Positions 1 through 14,330 are shown, numbered from the stretch's first letter. The stretch: DNA of 64,000 bases from Eledone cirrhosa (GCA_964016885.1 OZ024743.1:156550001-156614000), one strand, 5' to 3'. The notes: a model not told the origin generated them from the sequence alone. Made by a program: numbers and translations.

Positions 1-119
1 CAGGTTTAATTATAATAATATCTCTATATGCTTGGAAGGGTTAGGGAATTTCAAACTGAGCAGTTTATCAGCATTGTACCAACAAAAAAGAAATTGTGTG
101 AATATGCATCAGAATAATG

Positions 120-390
120 AAGTCGTTAGAGCGTTGGAATCACAATCGTAAGTTTGTGACTTCGAATACCGGACCGGCTCGTGCGTTATGCTCTTGAGCA
201 AAGACTTTATTTCACGTTGCTCCACTTTACTCAGCTGTGAGTTACGACATCAGTGGTGCCATTGCCTTACCCTTGGACAACATCATTGGCATGGAGAGGG
301 AAGACTATTGGTCTTCCACAAACATACCTTGCCCAGGCTTGAGCCTCCGAGGGGAAGTTTCCAGGTGCGAAACCATGGTAATTCCTGAAT
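120..390 (+). mobile_element. tRNA-derived SINE (family A)
   Basis: Degenerate A/B-box head (ttagagcgttgg...ttcgaataccgg), then gctcttgagcaaagactttatttcacgttgct. The same block recurs at ~40232-40325 (+) and ~53945-54058 (-). Confidence 0.7.
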
Positions 391-1227
391 TGTTAGGTCA
401 AGTGTTCGCTGTCTGTATTTTTGTCTGGTTAATTTGATTGTGCATATATCTTGTTATTAATCACCCAGAAACGTCTACAAATTGCACTATGTGATCAGAA
501 GACCTTCCACTTTAACATATTAGTGAAATCTATAGCTGTGGAAATCGTCACTCCTCTAGAGAGCGGAAACTTTGTACTTTAGCGAAAATCACTTGCTTGA
601 TCTCGACTGAAGTGCGTACAGCCCATGGACTATATGTAATTTCCAGAAATGTCTGACCTGGCAAGAACACCGGGGTTCATTTCTGATTCAGGATAATCTG
701 TAAAAATACAAACATGGAGAAATGTGTATATCCGGCGCATATTGGAGGATACTTTCAATACTTCTTAAATCATTGACCAAGCATTGCTTACTGATGACGA
801 TATGTCAAAACGGTGTTATCGCATGCAACAAATTTCTTTTCATTGGCCGCAAAGTTGAGGCAATTTTCTTGATACATGATACATGTATGCGACATATATG
901 TTTAACACGACTGAAAGATTAGAAGAGGTGCATATTTCTTTCCCAATTTATTGAAAGTGAGGAAAATTGAAGATGGGAAGAAAGTTGGGTTGAAAGAGTA
1001 GGTGCAGACTCTCGTAAATTAGTTGAAGTCACTATTTATTATTCCTTGCATTAATGCATTTAATTGTTTAGCCTCCTATAACCAGTCTAATAATGAGTAA
1101 CAATCCCCACTAACCATTTCACTAAAACTCTAGTGCAAACGAAACTTACCATAGCGTACTGAGAACGTATAAAACAAAATCCCCTGGAAAGCAGCACAAC
1201 AACATTTTGATAATACTATTTTACGTG

Positions 1228-1398
1228 GGTGGTAGAGGGTCGGACGCCATGCTTTCCAGCATAGTTACATCCCTTTACGGACTGAGTTCAAATCCCGCCG
1301 AGGTTAATTTTACCTTTCATCCTTACGGGGTCGATAAAATAAAGTTCCAGTAATACACTGGGATAATTGCTGGCCTTGTGTCAAAAGTAGAAACTATT
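1228..1398 (+). mobile_element. SINE family B (Nin/Deu-domain-like core) with 13-bp target-site duplication
   Basis: gagttcaaatcc B-box, then cctttcatccttacggggtcgataaa core and tggccttgtgtcaaaagtagaaac tail. TSD actattttacgtg at 1215-1227 and 1393-1405. At least 8 copies in the window. Confidence 0.85.
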
Positions 1399-2559
1399 TT
1401 ACGTGATCTGCCTACAGATTTGTACACGGTCTCTACTCGTTACGTACTATATAAGTGCACTATTTCTTAACGAAGATGCAATAAAGATATCCGTTTATAT
1501 GTACCATCAAAATAATTAGAAAGTATTTATAAAGAATAGAAGTTGTGTCAATTGAAATTTTATTCCGCTCGGTAACATCTTTTAATTAGATGTTACTGTT
1601 ATTGCTCAGTGACGTTTTGCTATGTCTGGTGGGGTTGCAAGGTTTCTCATTGTGATACAATTTCAATATTTGACATCATTACTTTATAAACAGAATACAA
1701 TATTTATGTGCACATGAAATGTGACTATTTGTTGCTTTAAGATGTATGAATTCATTTTGTCTAGGCAGGAAGCCAGGTTTTCTAAGTCAGCGGATTTATT
1801 TCTATATATTATTTTCCTTTTGTTGACCTGGAAGGCAAATGTGATTATAATTCCAGGATAAATATGAAACTGAATTTAGTCTGGTGCTGTACAGTTTATT
1901 TAAGATAATCAAATGTTTTTTCTTCAAATATTTATCAATACTGTTGATCTTGATGGTATTTTAAGCAGACTAATTCGATATAGAAAGCATAAGAAAGAAG
2001 TGAAACAAAATTATTTCGTCTTTCAGCAACAAAATGGATGATACAATGATTGTATTGTTTCATAAATTGTAAGAATATGTATTCCTAATAGAATCCATTT
2101 CATAGCTTTAAACTTCATTTTGTATTATACTGCTGAGAAATGTCAAAACGCAGCAGAAAAAATAGTTTCCTTATATAATCGAATTGTATATATATATATA
2201 TATATCTATATATATATATATATATATATACGTGAAACTATTCTAGGTTCACCCATTACTATAGCTGAGTTTTGACGAGCTTTTGATTCCAGAGTCGAGC
2301 CAGATCGATACAGATCGAACCTAGAACTGATCAATAGCAAAACGCACGTCACCAATGAATAAACGTAATAAAGGCTTAACAAATCGTCCTTGTATTATTA
2401 TATACTAGCTGAAGAACCGCCCCAGGCGGTTTTCTTCTGGCATATATAGTGTGCATATTGATATACCCAAATATATATGCACATAGATATGATACGTAAA
2501 TTGACAATATACAAATAAACTGAACAGAGACTGTTACACTTACTTGTGTCTTTCATCAC

Positions 2560-5500
2560 AATCTGTCTTTCATCAGAATCATCTATATTAATTGAGCGTT
2601 GATTCGTTGTTATCTCCATGGTTTCCACATAGTCCCAGACATAGGATATCTTGATGGTTGCCTCAACTATTTGTGGTCTAGCACCGTGACGTACAACTCG
2701 AAGCATTTGCTTCCAGTCACCAGATAGTAATACTGTTAGACCACCAAATGGCTTTTTGCAATCTCGAGCCTCATTGAAGCTCCGGTCAAGGCATTCAAAG
2801 ATATGCTTATGTCCCATATCTATATCATCAATGATTAGCAGGTCAGCTTGCTGCATACGTTTACTTGTGTCATCCCTCTTTTTGAAGAAGCAGGTTGATT
2901 CAGCAGTCACATTGAGAGGAATCTTCCACTTTGTGAAGCAAAGTGGTGGCTATCCAAGATGTGGCTGTGGCAAGTGCAATTTCCTTTTTAGATCGGAGAT
3001 AATCCAATAGGATGTTTATGACATAAGTCTTTCCTGTACCTGCACTTGCATTCAAGCAGAAAATACTGCCTTCATTTTCATCACAGGTGATTACTTTGTG
3101 AAAAGTAACCAGTTGCCCAGGATTCAATGTTGAAAGAAGTTCATTTAAGTTTGCTTGCAGTTGGTGTGTATTGAAAACAGTTTCTGCCATATGAACCCTG
3201 TTGATTTATGTTATGACAATAATAGTTGTGTCTAGCCGAGGAAGTCCATAGTTGGCATGGATGTCCAAGGTATCATTTTGAAGTTTCTGTTGGATCTTCT
3301 CTAGAACAATCTGCGCGGTTTGCATGGACATGGCTTGCTCATGATATCCACTGCATGATATCCTCTGCAAGACAATTCTTCCATTTCTGCAGAGGGTCAT
3401 TTGGCATGCAGTACAATAAAATGGTGCAGAAGATCTCTCGCAGCTGAGGACCAAGCGTAAGGGATGAGGCATCTTCCATAGCTTTGTCTTTTTTTCCATC
3501 TTCATGTAACAAACCAAGTTTCCTGCATGCTTCTTGGAACGTTGGAAATTCAACTCCTTCAATTGGCTTCAAATATGTGTATGAAGTTGACCCAGCCTTG
3601 TGATGTAGGATCATTCTGAGGTAATATATTTCAGATTGATGTCTACTGAGAGATACTGTTGGAATGTGTCGAAGAGATTCACTCATAAATTGTTGATCAC
3701 CATCCAGATGTCACTGTTTTCTTCTTTGCTACTTTTTGTTTGTGCAAGGGAAATATTTAGGAATATCAGTATTCAATGTTTTTTGCCAGTGGGTCTCTAA
3801 TATTCAGTTGAAAATATCCCGTCAACTTAGTCATTGGCTGTCCCCTAGAAACACCACTTTTCTCCTGCCCTCGCTCATACATGATCATTTGTCCCGCAGA
3901 TAAATGGCAAGGCAACTTTTCAACTGGCGGTTTTCGACGATGTAATGGAAATGTATAGATTCTCCAGAATGCTTCAGTGGCTGAGATGTACCGTGCATTG
4001 ATATAGGTCTCAATCTCATTTTGGGCATGGACACAATTTCCTTGATCATCCTTAATAGTGAAAGTGATCTTGTCTGATCCTTTTGTGATGTACTTATATG
4101 AATACCTAACAGCCTCAACACAGTGGACAACCTCACAATTGATGTGGCACTGATATCTCAATGAGGGGGAATGGTTGTATGGAACAATCCAACGATTATG
4201 AACAGTAAATTATTGACCTTTAAGTTGGATTGTATCGGTGTGACCACCATGCTGTCTATCCCTTCTTCTATACTCCGGAAAGGAATTTTCGGCAACAAAT
4301 GTGATTTGTCTGAATGACTCGGGATAACCTTGTGAGCAATGACGTTGTTGTCCTAGCCCTTCCATACATGGGCACATCACATTAGCTTGTACACATAGGC
4401 CATGAATGTTGCAGGATGTGATGATTTTATGCAGAATTGGATTGGTCTCTTTATCAGGAATCTCACAGTACACTACCTGATCAATGGCATCAGCAGTTTT
4501 AGGCTTGCTATCTTCAGCTATTATCAGCAGAATATGAGCATGAGTGAGGCCTCGTTTCTGCCATTATGTTGTAGCAGAATGAGCCACAACCTTTACTAGG
4601 GCATTTTCCTTTCAGTATGTCATCCATGAGGCTGTCAAACTTGATCTTGAAGACACTTCCACAGATATTAGGACGGTCTCTAGGTTCTTCACCAGGGTGC
4701 AAACTATTTTTTTTGTTTCATCCCAGTTAGGGTTAGTTGTTACCGTGATGAAATGAGATGGCTTTCCCATGTGTCGAACCACAGTTATCGAATTCGGAAA
4801 GCACTTGCTGTAGAAGCGAGGGGAACCAAAGATTGAAGGAGGAAGAAGAATTATCCGGCCTGCATTTACTAAATATACTTCAGCCACAGCATCATACAAA
4901 CCCTCATACCTTTCAGCTCGTATGATGGTTTGCTTGTTGCGGGCCTATTTGAGGCGACAATGTTCAATTTTTCATGGGCATCTGCAGTATATTGCTGCAT
5001 CAGCCGTCTGCTCTTCATGATAATGTTACAGTCACCTTGCCTAACCTGAAACTAACAGTAGAAATGTGAGTGTGTGGTTGTTGTCAATCCTTTTCAAACC
5101 AACCTGAAACCCATCATTCCCCCAGGGAAACAGTAGCACACAATGCAGAGTATCATAAGAACGGTGCAACTGAGGAATTCTCTGACGAGCACCATCTCGT
5201 TTATGAATGATGACATCCAAAAACCTAATTCTGTATCAGGTTAAATAACAGCAATCTCAGATGCCATGGGAAGCTTATATGTGCGACAACGAAAATCAGT
5301 GGGTTTTACTTTGTCAGAATGTAGGTCAATATTCACACTTTCAGAGACTGGCATTTCAATGACTGCCTTGAAGCCTTATATAGGTTTTGCAGTAGTGGAA
5401 GTCTTCTTGCAGGTACTGCAGGACAGCATCATCTAAATTAGCATGATGCAAGCGATTCTGAAGCTCATGATCTGTATCATATAAGTAGAGCTGCGCAAAC

Positions 5501-6060
5501 TTGGGTGAAGCATCACTTGGAAGTAGTGATCCAATAATATTACAAATCTCACCTTGGATCTTAAATGTGGGACTAAATTCTGGTGCTTTAATCTCTTTGC
5601 AACTAATTGAAGCTAAGGCAAGCAAATTGTTATATGCACGTATCTTATGGAGAAAAGAATTTCCTGCTTGAGTGATATCGAAATATTTCACTATATTTGG
5701 TGGAGGAGGAGGAAGTTGAGAGAGTTTCACTTCTCCCTGGAAGCGGCACAGAGATTTGGGTTCATGTGGTCAGCGATAGGCTTTTCAGAGCGGACAAACA
5801 CAGGCAAAGAGACTCCCTGCATTATGTTTTGGCATTATGGAAAGAAGAGTTGTTTCTTGGAAAGCTTCATCTGTAGGATTCTCTGCCAGACCCTCACTTG
5901 ACCTGTTCCTTCCTCTCTGAACGTTTGGTGTATTTGTTGCAAGTTGTTGTTGGTGTGTTAACTGAATTACATTTGCAGAAATGTGTTGGGATATTGTAGA
6001 GCGATTATTGTTTGATTGATTTGCCCTCATCTCTTTTTGTCGTTGTGTGTCTGATGCCAT
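2560..6060 (-). pseudogene. Helitron RepHel (HUH Rep + Pif1-family helicase), frameshifted, helicase C-terminal half missing
   Basis: Rep motifs FITVTTNPNWDE, WQKRGLTHAHILL (read at ~4527-4565) and YSYKYITKG. Helicase Walker A ASAGTGKT, LLIIDD, PFGGLTVLLSGDWKQMLRVV, TTNQR. Spread over many broken ORFs. Confidence 0.93.
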
Positions 6061-7087
6061 TCGTGGGATTTAGATGAGAAATGTTTTCTGCGTCCCATGT
6101 TCACTTTCTGTCATGTATGTATAAATATATGTTATCTCTACAGAGAAATCTTAGAAATAAATATATGTTAAAACAAAAAAAATAAAAGTAAATATATCTA
6201 TATATAGCTGACACGGAGAAAAGATATCTTTGAAATAAATGTATGTTTGAAATATATATTATCGTCTGATATTCGAAACACCAGATGAAATGAGAAAGAG
6301 AGAGTAGCATGAGGTAATCATAACAACAGAAGTATCAACAAAACAATATGTCACAGTCATTCTATATATCTGTATATCTCTCTTCATATACTCACACACA
6401 ATCTCCCTCTGTCACAGTCACTCTATCTGTATGAGAGAGAGAGAATAGTATGAGGTAGTCATAACAACAGTGGTAGCAGCAAAACGCGTATCAAAACAAT
6501 ATATATATTCAGCGAGAATCACATTTCGGCGGGTAGAAAAAGCGAAACGTAACGCAAATTCAGAGTCATGCTGGCAAGCGCTCCATAGTTTAAAAATCCA
6601 GAGCTATAAACATATGTTATAAATGCCATACAAACTAAAAAGAGGGTCAAGAAGGCATTAACCACCTAAGCCAAAAATCAAGTCAAGCTAAACAGGTCAG
6701 ACAAAATACATGACAAAATCATACATATATATATATATATACATATACATGTATATATAAATAACCTAGACCCATTGGAATTGATGTAAAAGTCCAAATA
6801 CAGGGTTTCTGTGAAAACTAAATCAATAATACTGTCTGCTTAAAACCATAAGCTTTTGGTATAATGATCGAACGAGGAACATCACGTTATCAACATGTAT
6901 TCTGTTCTGCGCTAGTGTTGTGAATGACGTAGTGATTTGTAAAATCACATGTGTGACTCACAATTGCTTGATCGAGAAAGAGAGATTGTATGTGTGAGTA
7001 TATAAATAGAGGAGTGACTGTGACATATATGTGAAATAAAATAAATAAGTCAAATATTTAAAATTTGGCTTGGTTTATTAAAGGTTT

Positions 7088-7142
7088 ACAGCTATATATA
7101 TTTCGTTGACAGCCATCTTTGGCTGTGACCTCTTCAGGCAGT
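7088..7142 (-). ncRNA. Minimal type I hammerhead ribozyme motif
   Basis: actgc-CTGAAGA-ggtcacagcc aaagat ggctgtcaac-GAAA-tatatata-gctgt. The sister copy at 11047-11100 (+) has a damaged core but complements the stem mismatches. Confidence 0.7.
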
Positions 7143-8904
7143 CCGAATTGGTATAGTAGAGACGGGCACACATGTTGTTTAGGTGTTTAACTCCGTCAAT
7201 ACTCCGATATGCCCAATTCCTGTTTGGGCTTTTATTACTCTGAGGAACTGGAATCATATGAATTCGAACAAACGAATTTCGTCGTCAAAGGACACTCTCT
7301 CCTCCCATTGGTCAGTTGTGAGAACATTCCTCAGTCAAAAGTCTATAGACATTTTTTCTGAGGCAAGGCAATCTGTTGTTGTTGTTTTTGTTAAGTACAG
7401 CTGACCTCCTCTCTTATGTTGGTAGTGGTGTTGGTGTTGGGGTCAGCTTTAGTTCGGCTGCTGCCATTTTTAGAAGAATTTGTGTGTGTGTTGGCATCTA
7501 TCCTTCCACCATTTCTCGTATCTGTGCCAAGCAGATGAAGAAATAAGATGAAGTAAAATGGAGAAATAAAAGAATATAAGGCAATAACATGAAGAAAAAA
7601 AATAAAAAAATTAAGAAAATAAAAAATAAAAGAATAGAATAAAGAAATGAAAAGGTAAAATGAAATAAAATATAAATGAGCAAAAAAATAATAAAATAGT
7701 AAAACCTATAAGATAAAAGAATAAAATAAAATAAAATAAAATAAAATAAAATGCGTGTGTGTTATAACCAATCTCAAAGTTTGAAAGATTTGGAAGATAT
7801 TGACCGGAGTAGAAAGGCTGTGTCAGAATCAAGAAGTGCAAAGGATCATAATCTTTACACTATCATGGTGTGGTGCATTTCAAGAGCAAATGAGACAAGG
7901 GTTGAGTGTAAAACACCAGAACTCGAGTGTTAAAATCCGGATATAAACGAATAAAATAAAGAAATAAAAAAGTAAAATGAAATTTAAAAAATAAATAAAC
8001 AAAAAAATAATAAGATAGTAAAAAGAATAAGGTAATAAAAGAATAAAATAAAATAATAAAATAAAAAGCGCGTGTGTTATAACCAATCTCATAGTTTGAA
8101 AGATTTTTGGAAGATATTGACCGAAGTAGAAAGGCTTTGTCAGATTCAATCTTTACACTATCATGGTATGGTGCGTTTTAAAAGCAAATGAGACAAGTGT
8201 GGAGTGTAAAACACCATAATCCGAGTGTTAACATCCGGAAATGCAGATGACTACAGTTCCTATCTCGGCATAGAGCACATATGCGTGTATGTCAACTCAC
8301 ATCGTTCCAAGAGCACACACTCACGGGCACAGGCCCAGGTCCATCCCATATGCACACACACACACTCACACATTATAACCCCCCCCCCGCACACACACAC
8401 ACATACACACGCACCCACACATACACCCACATGCACACGCACATACAACACCCACACACATACATGTATGTATCTGTGCATGTACAATCTTAAATAACAG
8501 TATCTATGTATGGACATATGCATAAATATGTGTTGTCAAAGGAGTCGATCGAGGCAGGGTTAGGGGTGGGGAGTGTGCAGGGGTGGTTTACCGTGGGCTC
8601 GGTGTGGTGGGGCTGCTGTCCTTATAGCTAGAGGGAAGTTCCCATCCCAATGTGTCGTTATTGTCCATATAGCTTGAGGAAGGTCCCGGCCCTGAGGTGT
8701 CAGCTGTCCCGGAAGAGCCCCTATAGGTTGAGGCGAGTTCCCATCCTAATGTGTTGTTACTGTCCATATGGCTTGAGGAAGGTGCCGGCCCTGACGTGTC
8801 TACATGTCCCGAAGAAGTCAGTCCTGAGGTTTATCAGGCTGCTTCCACCTCTGAGTATCTCGAGGCTCTCGCTCAGACATAGTTTGCAGATGTCAGATCT
8901 TCAT

Positions 8905-9600
8905 CAGACACATTGTGAAGTACTCGTATTCTACCACGAGAAATGTGGCCCAGCACATAGCTAGAATTAATAGGGTTAGACTTAACAACCACACACAACC
9001 AGAAGCTGGCAATATAAGCACCTAGCAGAACCATGTGGAGGGAAAAAAGGGTGGACCCAGTGCCCACCCTGGAAACCCAATCAGACCCAGGGACCCCCCT
9101 CCCCCACCGGGCCCGGGGGAAGACTACTATATAACACGTAACGGGAACACTTGGCACGCGGACGTCGACCACCCCTGCAACTGCAGAAACCCCGAATTAT
9201 GCCCACTTAGTAATTAATGCCTTAGTAAGAACTGAATATACGGATGTAGAGTAAAAACCCCAACTCTGAAAACATTTACATAGGCGCCACATCAACGAGC
9301 TTTAAAGACCGAATTTATAACCACCGCCATTCCTTCAATAGGGATACAAAAGGAAAAGTACAGCTCTTTCCGTACTGATCTGGAAGCTCAAGCTGGACAT
9401 GACCCCGTACTCTCTGGCCTGGTCCATAATCAGGCAAGTACCTCCTGATAAAGGGGGATCTGGCATCTGCAAAGTATGTCAGAGCGAGACCCTCGAGATA
9501 CTCAAAGATGGAAGCAGCCTGATAAACACCAGGACTGACGTCTTCGGGACATGTAGACACCTCAGGACCGGGATCTTCCTCAAACTATATGGACAGTAAC
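8905..9600 (+). pseudogene. Naiad-type PLE linker and GIY-YIG endonuclease remnant
   Basis: VKYSYSTTRNVAQHI; CNCRNPELCPL (CxCx5C); IYGC...YIGATSTSFKDRIYNHRHSF; TALS..IWKLK; CKVC. Stops and frameshifts present. Confidence 0.85.
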
Positions 9601-9812
9601 AACACATTGGGATGGGAACTTCCCTCAAGCTATAGTGACTTCTCCGGAACATGTAGACACCTCAGGGCCGGGACCTTCCTCAGGCTTTATGGATAGTAAC
9701 AACACATTAGGATGTGAACTCCCCTCAAGCTATAGGCACTCCTCCGGGACATGCAGACACCTCAAGCTATATGGATAATAACAACACATTGGGATGGGAA
9801 CTTCCCTCTAGC
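9549..9812 (+). repeat. Imperfect tandem repeats (~100 bp unit) downstream of the PLE ORF
   Basis: acatgtagacacctcagg...aacaacacattgggatgggaacttccctc repeated about 3 times; mirrored at ~8620-8810. Confidence 0.75.
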
Positions 9813-11667
9813 TATAAGGAAAGCAGCCCCACCACACCGGGTCCACGGTAAACCACCCCTTGCACAGTCACCCCTGCCTCGATCGACTCCTGTGACAACA
9901 CATACATATGCATATGTCCATACATAGATACTGTTGTTTAAGATTGTACATGCACATATACTTACATGTGGGTATGTGTGTGCGAGTGTATGTGGGTGTG
10001 TGTGTGCGTGTGTGTATATGTGTTTACGTGTGGGTTTATAATGTGTGTGAGGGGGGTACATGTGGGTGTGTGTGTGTGCGTGTATATGTGTGTGTGTGCG
10101 TGCGTGTGTGTGTGTTTGTGTGCATGCCTGCATAGGGGATGCGCCAGGGCCTGTGCCTGTGCGTGTGTGCTTGGAACGATATGAGTTGACATACACGCTT
10201 ATGTGCTCTATGCCGAGATAGGAACTGTAGTCATCTGCATTTCCGGTTTTAACATTCGGGTTCGGGTGTTTTACACTCCACCTTTGTCTCATTTGCTCTT
10301 AAAACGCACCACACTATGATAGTGTAAATAATGTGATCCTTTGCACTTCTTGATTCTGACACAGCCTTTCTACTCCGGTCAATATCTTCCAAATCTTTCA
10401 AACTTTGAGGTTGGTTATAACACTCGCCTTTTATTTTATTATTTTATTTGATTCTTTTATTATCTTATTCTTTTTACTATTTTATTATTATTTTGTTTAT
10501 TTATTTTTTTATTTTATTTTACTTTTTATTTCTTTATTCTATTCTTTTATTTTTATTTTTTTATTTTTTTATTTTCTTCATTTTATTGCCCTATATTCTT
10601 TTATTTCTCCATTTTACTTTATCTTATTTCTTCATCTGCTTGGCACAACGCCCCCTCCCACCACCAACACGAGAAATGGTGGCAGGATAGATGCCAACAC
10701 ACACACACGAATTATTCTAAAAATGGCAGCAGCCGAACTAAAGCTGACACCAACACCAACACCACTACCAACATAAGGGAGGAGGTCAGCTGTACTTAAC
10801 AAAAACAACCACAACAGATTGCCTTGCCTCAGTAAAAATTTCTATAGACCTTTGACTGAGGAATGTTCTCACAACTGACCAATGGGAGGAGAGAGTGTCC
10901 TTTGACGCCGAAATTCGTTTGTTCGAATTCATATGATTCCAGTTCCTCAGAGAAATAAGAACCCAACCATGAATGGGCATATCGGAGTATTGACGGAGTT
11001 AAACACCTCAACAATATGTGTAACCGTCTCTACCACACCAATTCGGACTGCCTAAAAGTTCACAGCCAAAGATGGCTGTCACCGAAATGTATATATCAGT
11101 AAACCTTTAATAAACGAAGCCAAATTTTAAATATTTGACTTATTTATTTTATTTTACATTACTCCGGAGTAACTAAACCAACCTGCGCACTTCGTTGAGT
11201 GCTCCATTCTGCATACTGAGGAGTCGGTAAACAACAAACATATACTCAGAAAAAAAAACAAAAAAACTATATATATATATATATATATGTCACAGTCACC
11301 CCTGTCTTTATATAGTCACACATACAATCTCTCTTCCTCGCTCTAGCAATTTTATAAAAGAACAACAACATACAAACACACACATGAACGTGTTGAAAAA
11401 ATACAAATCGCTGCATCGTTCTGTTAAACGCTCTCTCTCTATATTTATAAATAGTATAGATATACCGGAAGTATTAAAATTTGAATCTTTTTAAAAGAAG
11501 TGAATCTTGAATAATATTTTTTATATATGTTTAATCATGTGTTACGAAATGTAATAGATACATTATGTAATCTTCATTCATTATTTATTCAAAGTAATCC
11601 AACTTATTGGATAACGGGATAAAAAAAAAATATATTCTGGACGCAGTCCCGTGCTCTTTGCTTTATT

Positions 11668-11723
<56 letters not shown>

Positions 11724-11779
11724 TAGATGGGGAGAGAGAGAGATATTTATAAATAGTTAGATAGATAGATAGATAGATA

Positions 11780-14330
11780 CATTTCTTTATTAGCCACAGG
11801 GGCACAAAAGAAGGGGACAAATACAAATGGGGATTTTAGATACAGGTATTTGAAAGTAAAACTATTAATAAAATAACAAATAACAATAGAAATCCACAAT
11901 AGGGGGAGGCGTTACACACCCCGAATAAATGTAAAACCCTCACCTTCAGGAGCACCAACATTGAGTACTCCCTTCTTCGCTTCCTCTTTTTCCTCAACCT
12001 ACATGATTATATGGAGAGAAGGCCCAACCAATCTGGCCATCTTTGACACATTCACGCACCTTTTATAAAAATTGCTGGGGTACAGCACTTCTCTCTCCAT
12101 CCTGATTCTTCTTCCAAAATGATATTTGAAAAAACGAATCAGTTGCTTGCTGGAGAGAAAGGTGTCTGACCTTAGCCCTTTTAACCTCGTCCACCATATA
12201 GCCTCTTACACCATAGCCATAACACATAGGAAAACCGCCTCTCCCTCGTTTTTGAAGAAGGGTGGCGGTTTGATCATGACAATGGACTCGGTGGTCAACC
12301 GGATTGGTCCCACCCGCGACAATAGTCGTTCTACATAGACCCACAGGTTGGTAACGCCCGGCCAGCGTACAAATGCGTGCGCGACGGTTTCCTCGTCTCG
12401 CACGCATCTCGGACAGATCTTTTTCGAAGGGTCCCTATCCGGGTGCCCATGTCTATAGAGATTGTCTCGAACTGGTACAGCTCCTCGGTAGCACTGCTAG
12501 GCCAGGGACTTTAGAAGTTGTCCATTGGTCCCGGGCGGAAGGTCCTACGGAACAGACTGGCCAGTTCGTCCTCCTCTACGCCCAGAGTTTCTCCGAGAGC
12601 GTCGTCGCACTTGCTGTGAACCAACCCTCTATAGAGTGTCGAAGTGGAGTCTCCACTGATCGCCGGTTCCGTTTGCCAGAGGACTGTGAGTGCCTGAGCA
12701 CATTTGATGTGCCAGTCGCCCATTTTCCTCGATCTTTGCTTGACCCAGGACAGCAGCTCGGTGAGCGAGACGAGTCGTGGGAAGGCTTGCCTCACGAACG
12801 GGGTGGGGCCCACACCGGTTGTCCGGTGAGGAATACGTGGAGGTGCCGCAGACTTAGCGCGTTTTTGCGCATCGTCAGCCCCGGCATATCCAGCCCTCCG
12901 TTTGAAGGGTGTTGGCAGCAGATGGATCTTCTCACCAAAGAAGCCCGTTTCTTTCAAAGGAATTGGAAGAGCACGCGCTCCATTTTTGGTGAGCGTTTTG
13001 GATGGACAAGGCACGACGGTCAAGCGGTAGTAGATGACGGACGCTATAAAAGTGTTCGCCATCTCCGTTCGACCTGTCAAGGAAAGTTTACACTCGGCCA
13101 CTTCTGAGTGAGCGCAAACACCTTGGCCGTCACATAGTTCTAGTTCTTCTCCACCTGTTCAACTTCGCTCCTGTGGACATTTCGTATTCCTTCAGTAAGG
13201 TGCCGACCTCCCCGATTTGCGAGGTGCTCGACACCATTACTCTCACGCCGTCGGCGTATGCCACGCCGCTTTTCGCAGTCCCGGTTCCAAAGTTATGCCG
13301 TGCAATAGCTCCAACTTCCGGAGTAGTGGCTCCAGAGTCAGTACGTACTGTAGGGAGGTCAGAGGGCATCCCTGTCGGATTGATCGAATGATATGGAACG
13401 GCTCCGAGAGGTAGCCGTTGACCTTGACCCTTGAGCGGATGTTATTGCTGTGCATTGGAGCAATCCAACCCCTGAACACGGGTCCGAAACCTGCCGCCTT
13501 GAGTACCGCATCCAGGTAACGATGGTCAACTCTATCGAAAGCCTTAGACTGATCCAATTTGATCAGGGCCCCTCCGAAGCCGGGTTTAGCCCCTACCCTT
13601 TCTATGATGTATCGCAGGAGCTGGAGGTTGTCATGTACGGACCTGGTCGGGATTGCGCATGTCTTCGCTTCTCCCACCAGGTTTTAGACGACAAGCGCCA
13701 GCCTCTTTGGCAACACCTTGGCCAAAATCTGTAACTCTGTGTTGAGCAGAGTTATGGGCCGGAAGTTGCCTATGTCATCCCCCTTATTCTCGTCCTTCCT
13801 GTCTAACGTGACTACGCCCTTGGTCACAGAACTGCAAATTCTCCCGTTCTACTGCTAGTTGCAGTAGACCGCTTCCAGGATGCCCGGAAAACAAGTCCGG
13901 TACTGTTACGTAAAATTCGTAGCGTAGTCCGTAGAGACCTGGAGATGTGCATTTGCCGCATTGGCTCAGCGCGTACCCTATCTCAGCGGCTGAAATCAGC
14001 CTTTCGCAGAACTTCGCCTCGCTGTCCGAGAGTCGCGGTAGGCCGTCGAGGTACGGACCGAAATTCATAGCCCTCCCGGCGCGCCGCCCTGCCCGAATAG
14101 TTGAGCAAAGTGCCGCTGAAAGGCCGGGCACATCTGCTTCGCCTCACGTATCACGTCTTGGTCCTATAAAGACCGAATCGTGGACTTGTTGCCACTTTTC
14201 GCCTCTGTCACTCGGGCCCAGCTAACAGCTTTGGCTCCCTCATTTCCCATAGCAAGTATTTTGCACGTATTTTGCCTTCATACTTTGCGTCGAAGAACTG
14301 GTCCAAGGCCGTTCTCGTCGCTAGCACGCT
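11780..14330 (-). mobile_element. Tx1/L1-clade non-LTR retrotransposon, 5'-truncated, ORF2 RT pseudogene
   Basis: LIKLDQSKAFDRVDHRYL, IRQGCPL, AYADG(D). C-terminal Cys/His region ...RDEETVAHAF. 3' AATAAA followed by an (ATCT)n tail. Confidence 0.88.

Larger units (their letters stand above)
7030..11270 (+). mobile_element. Penelope-like element (Naiad-type), 5'-truncated, with long inverted pseudo-LTR arms
   Basis: ~7030-8893 is an imperfect reverse complement of ~9468-11160. The centre encodes a linker and GIY-YIG remnant. Each arm has an HHR-like motif. Confidence 0.85.
2405..11460 (-). mobile_element. Helitron (decayed autonomous-type) with a nested PLE
   Basis: On the minus strand the 3' end reads aaccgcc-tgg-ggcggtt hairpin, then cttcagCTAG|T at 2405. 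The candidate 5' end reads A|TCTATACTATTTATAAA at 11460. RepHel coding remnants lie inside. The 5' end assignment is less certain than the 3' end. Confidence 0.75.

Noticed and set aside
9170-9600. Selenoprotein-type Naiad (in-frame TGA at conserved Cys)
   Set aside because: The CxCx5C and CxxC cysteines are TGC/TGT wherever present in the three Naiad remnants. The TGA near 9234 is not at a Cys position and co-occurs with TAA and frameshifts.
9549-9812. CRISPR-like repeat appearance (also 48622-48800)
   Set aside because: Contiguous tandem repeats without unique spacers, in eukaryotic context with no cas genes.
7030-11160. Large inverted repeats as TIRs of a DNA transposon (also 16340-20056)
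   Set aside because: The arms include the end of the GIY-YIG ORF and HHRs, so they are inverted PLE pseudo-LTRs.
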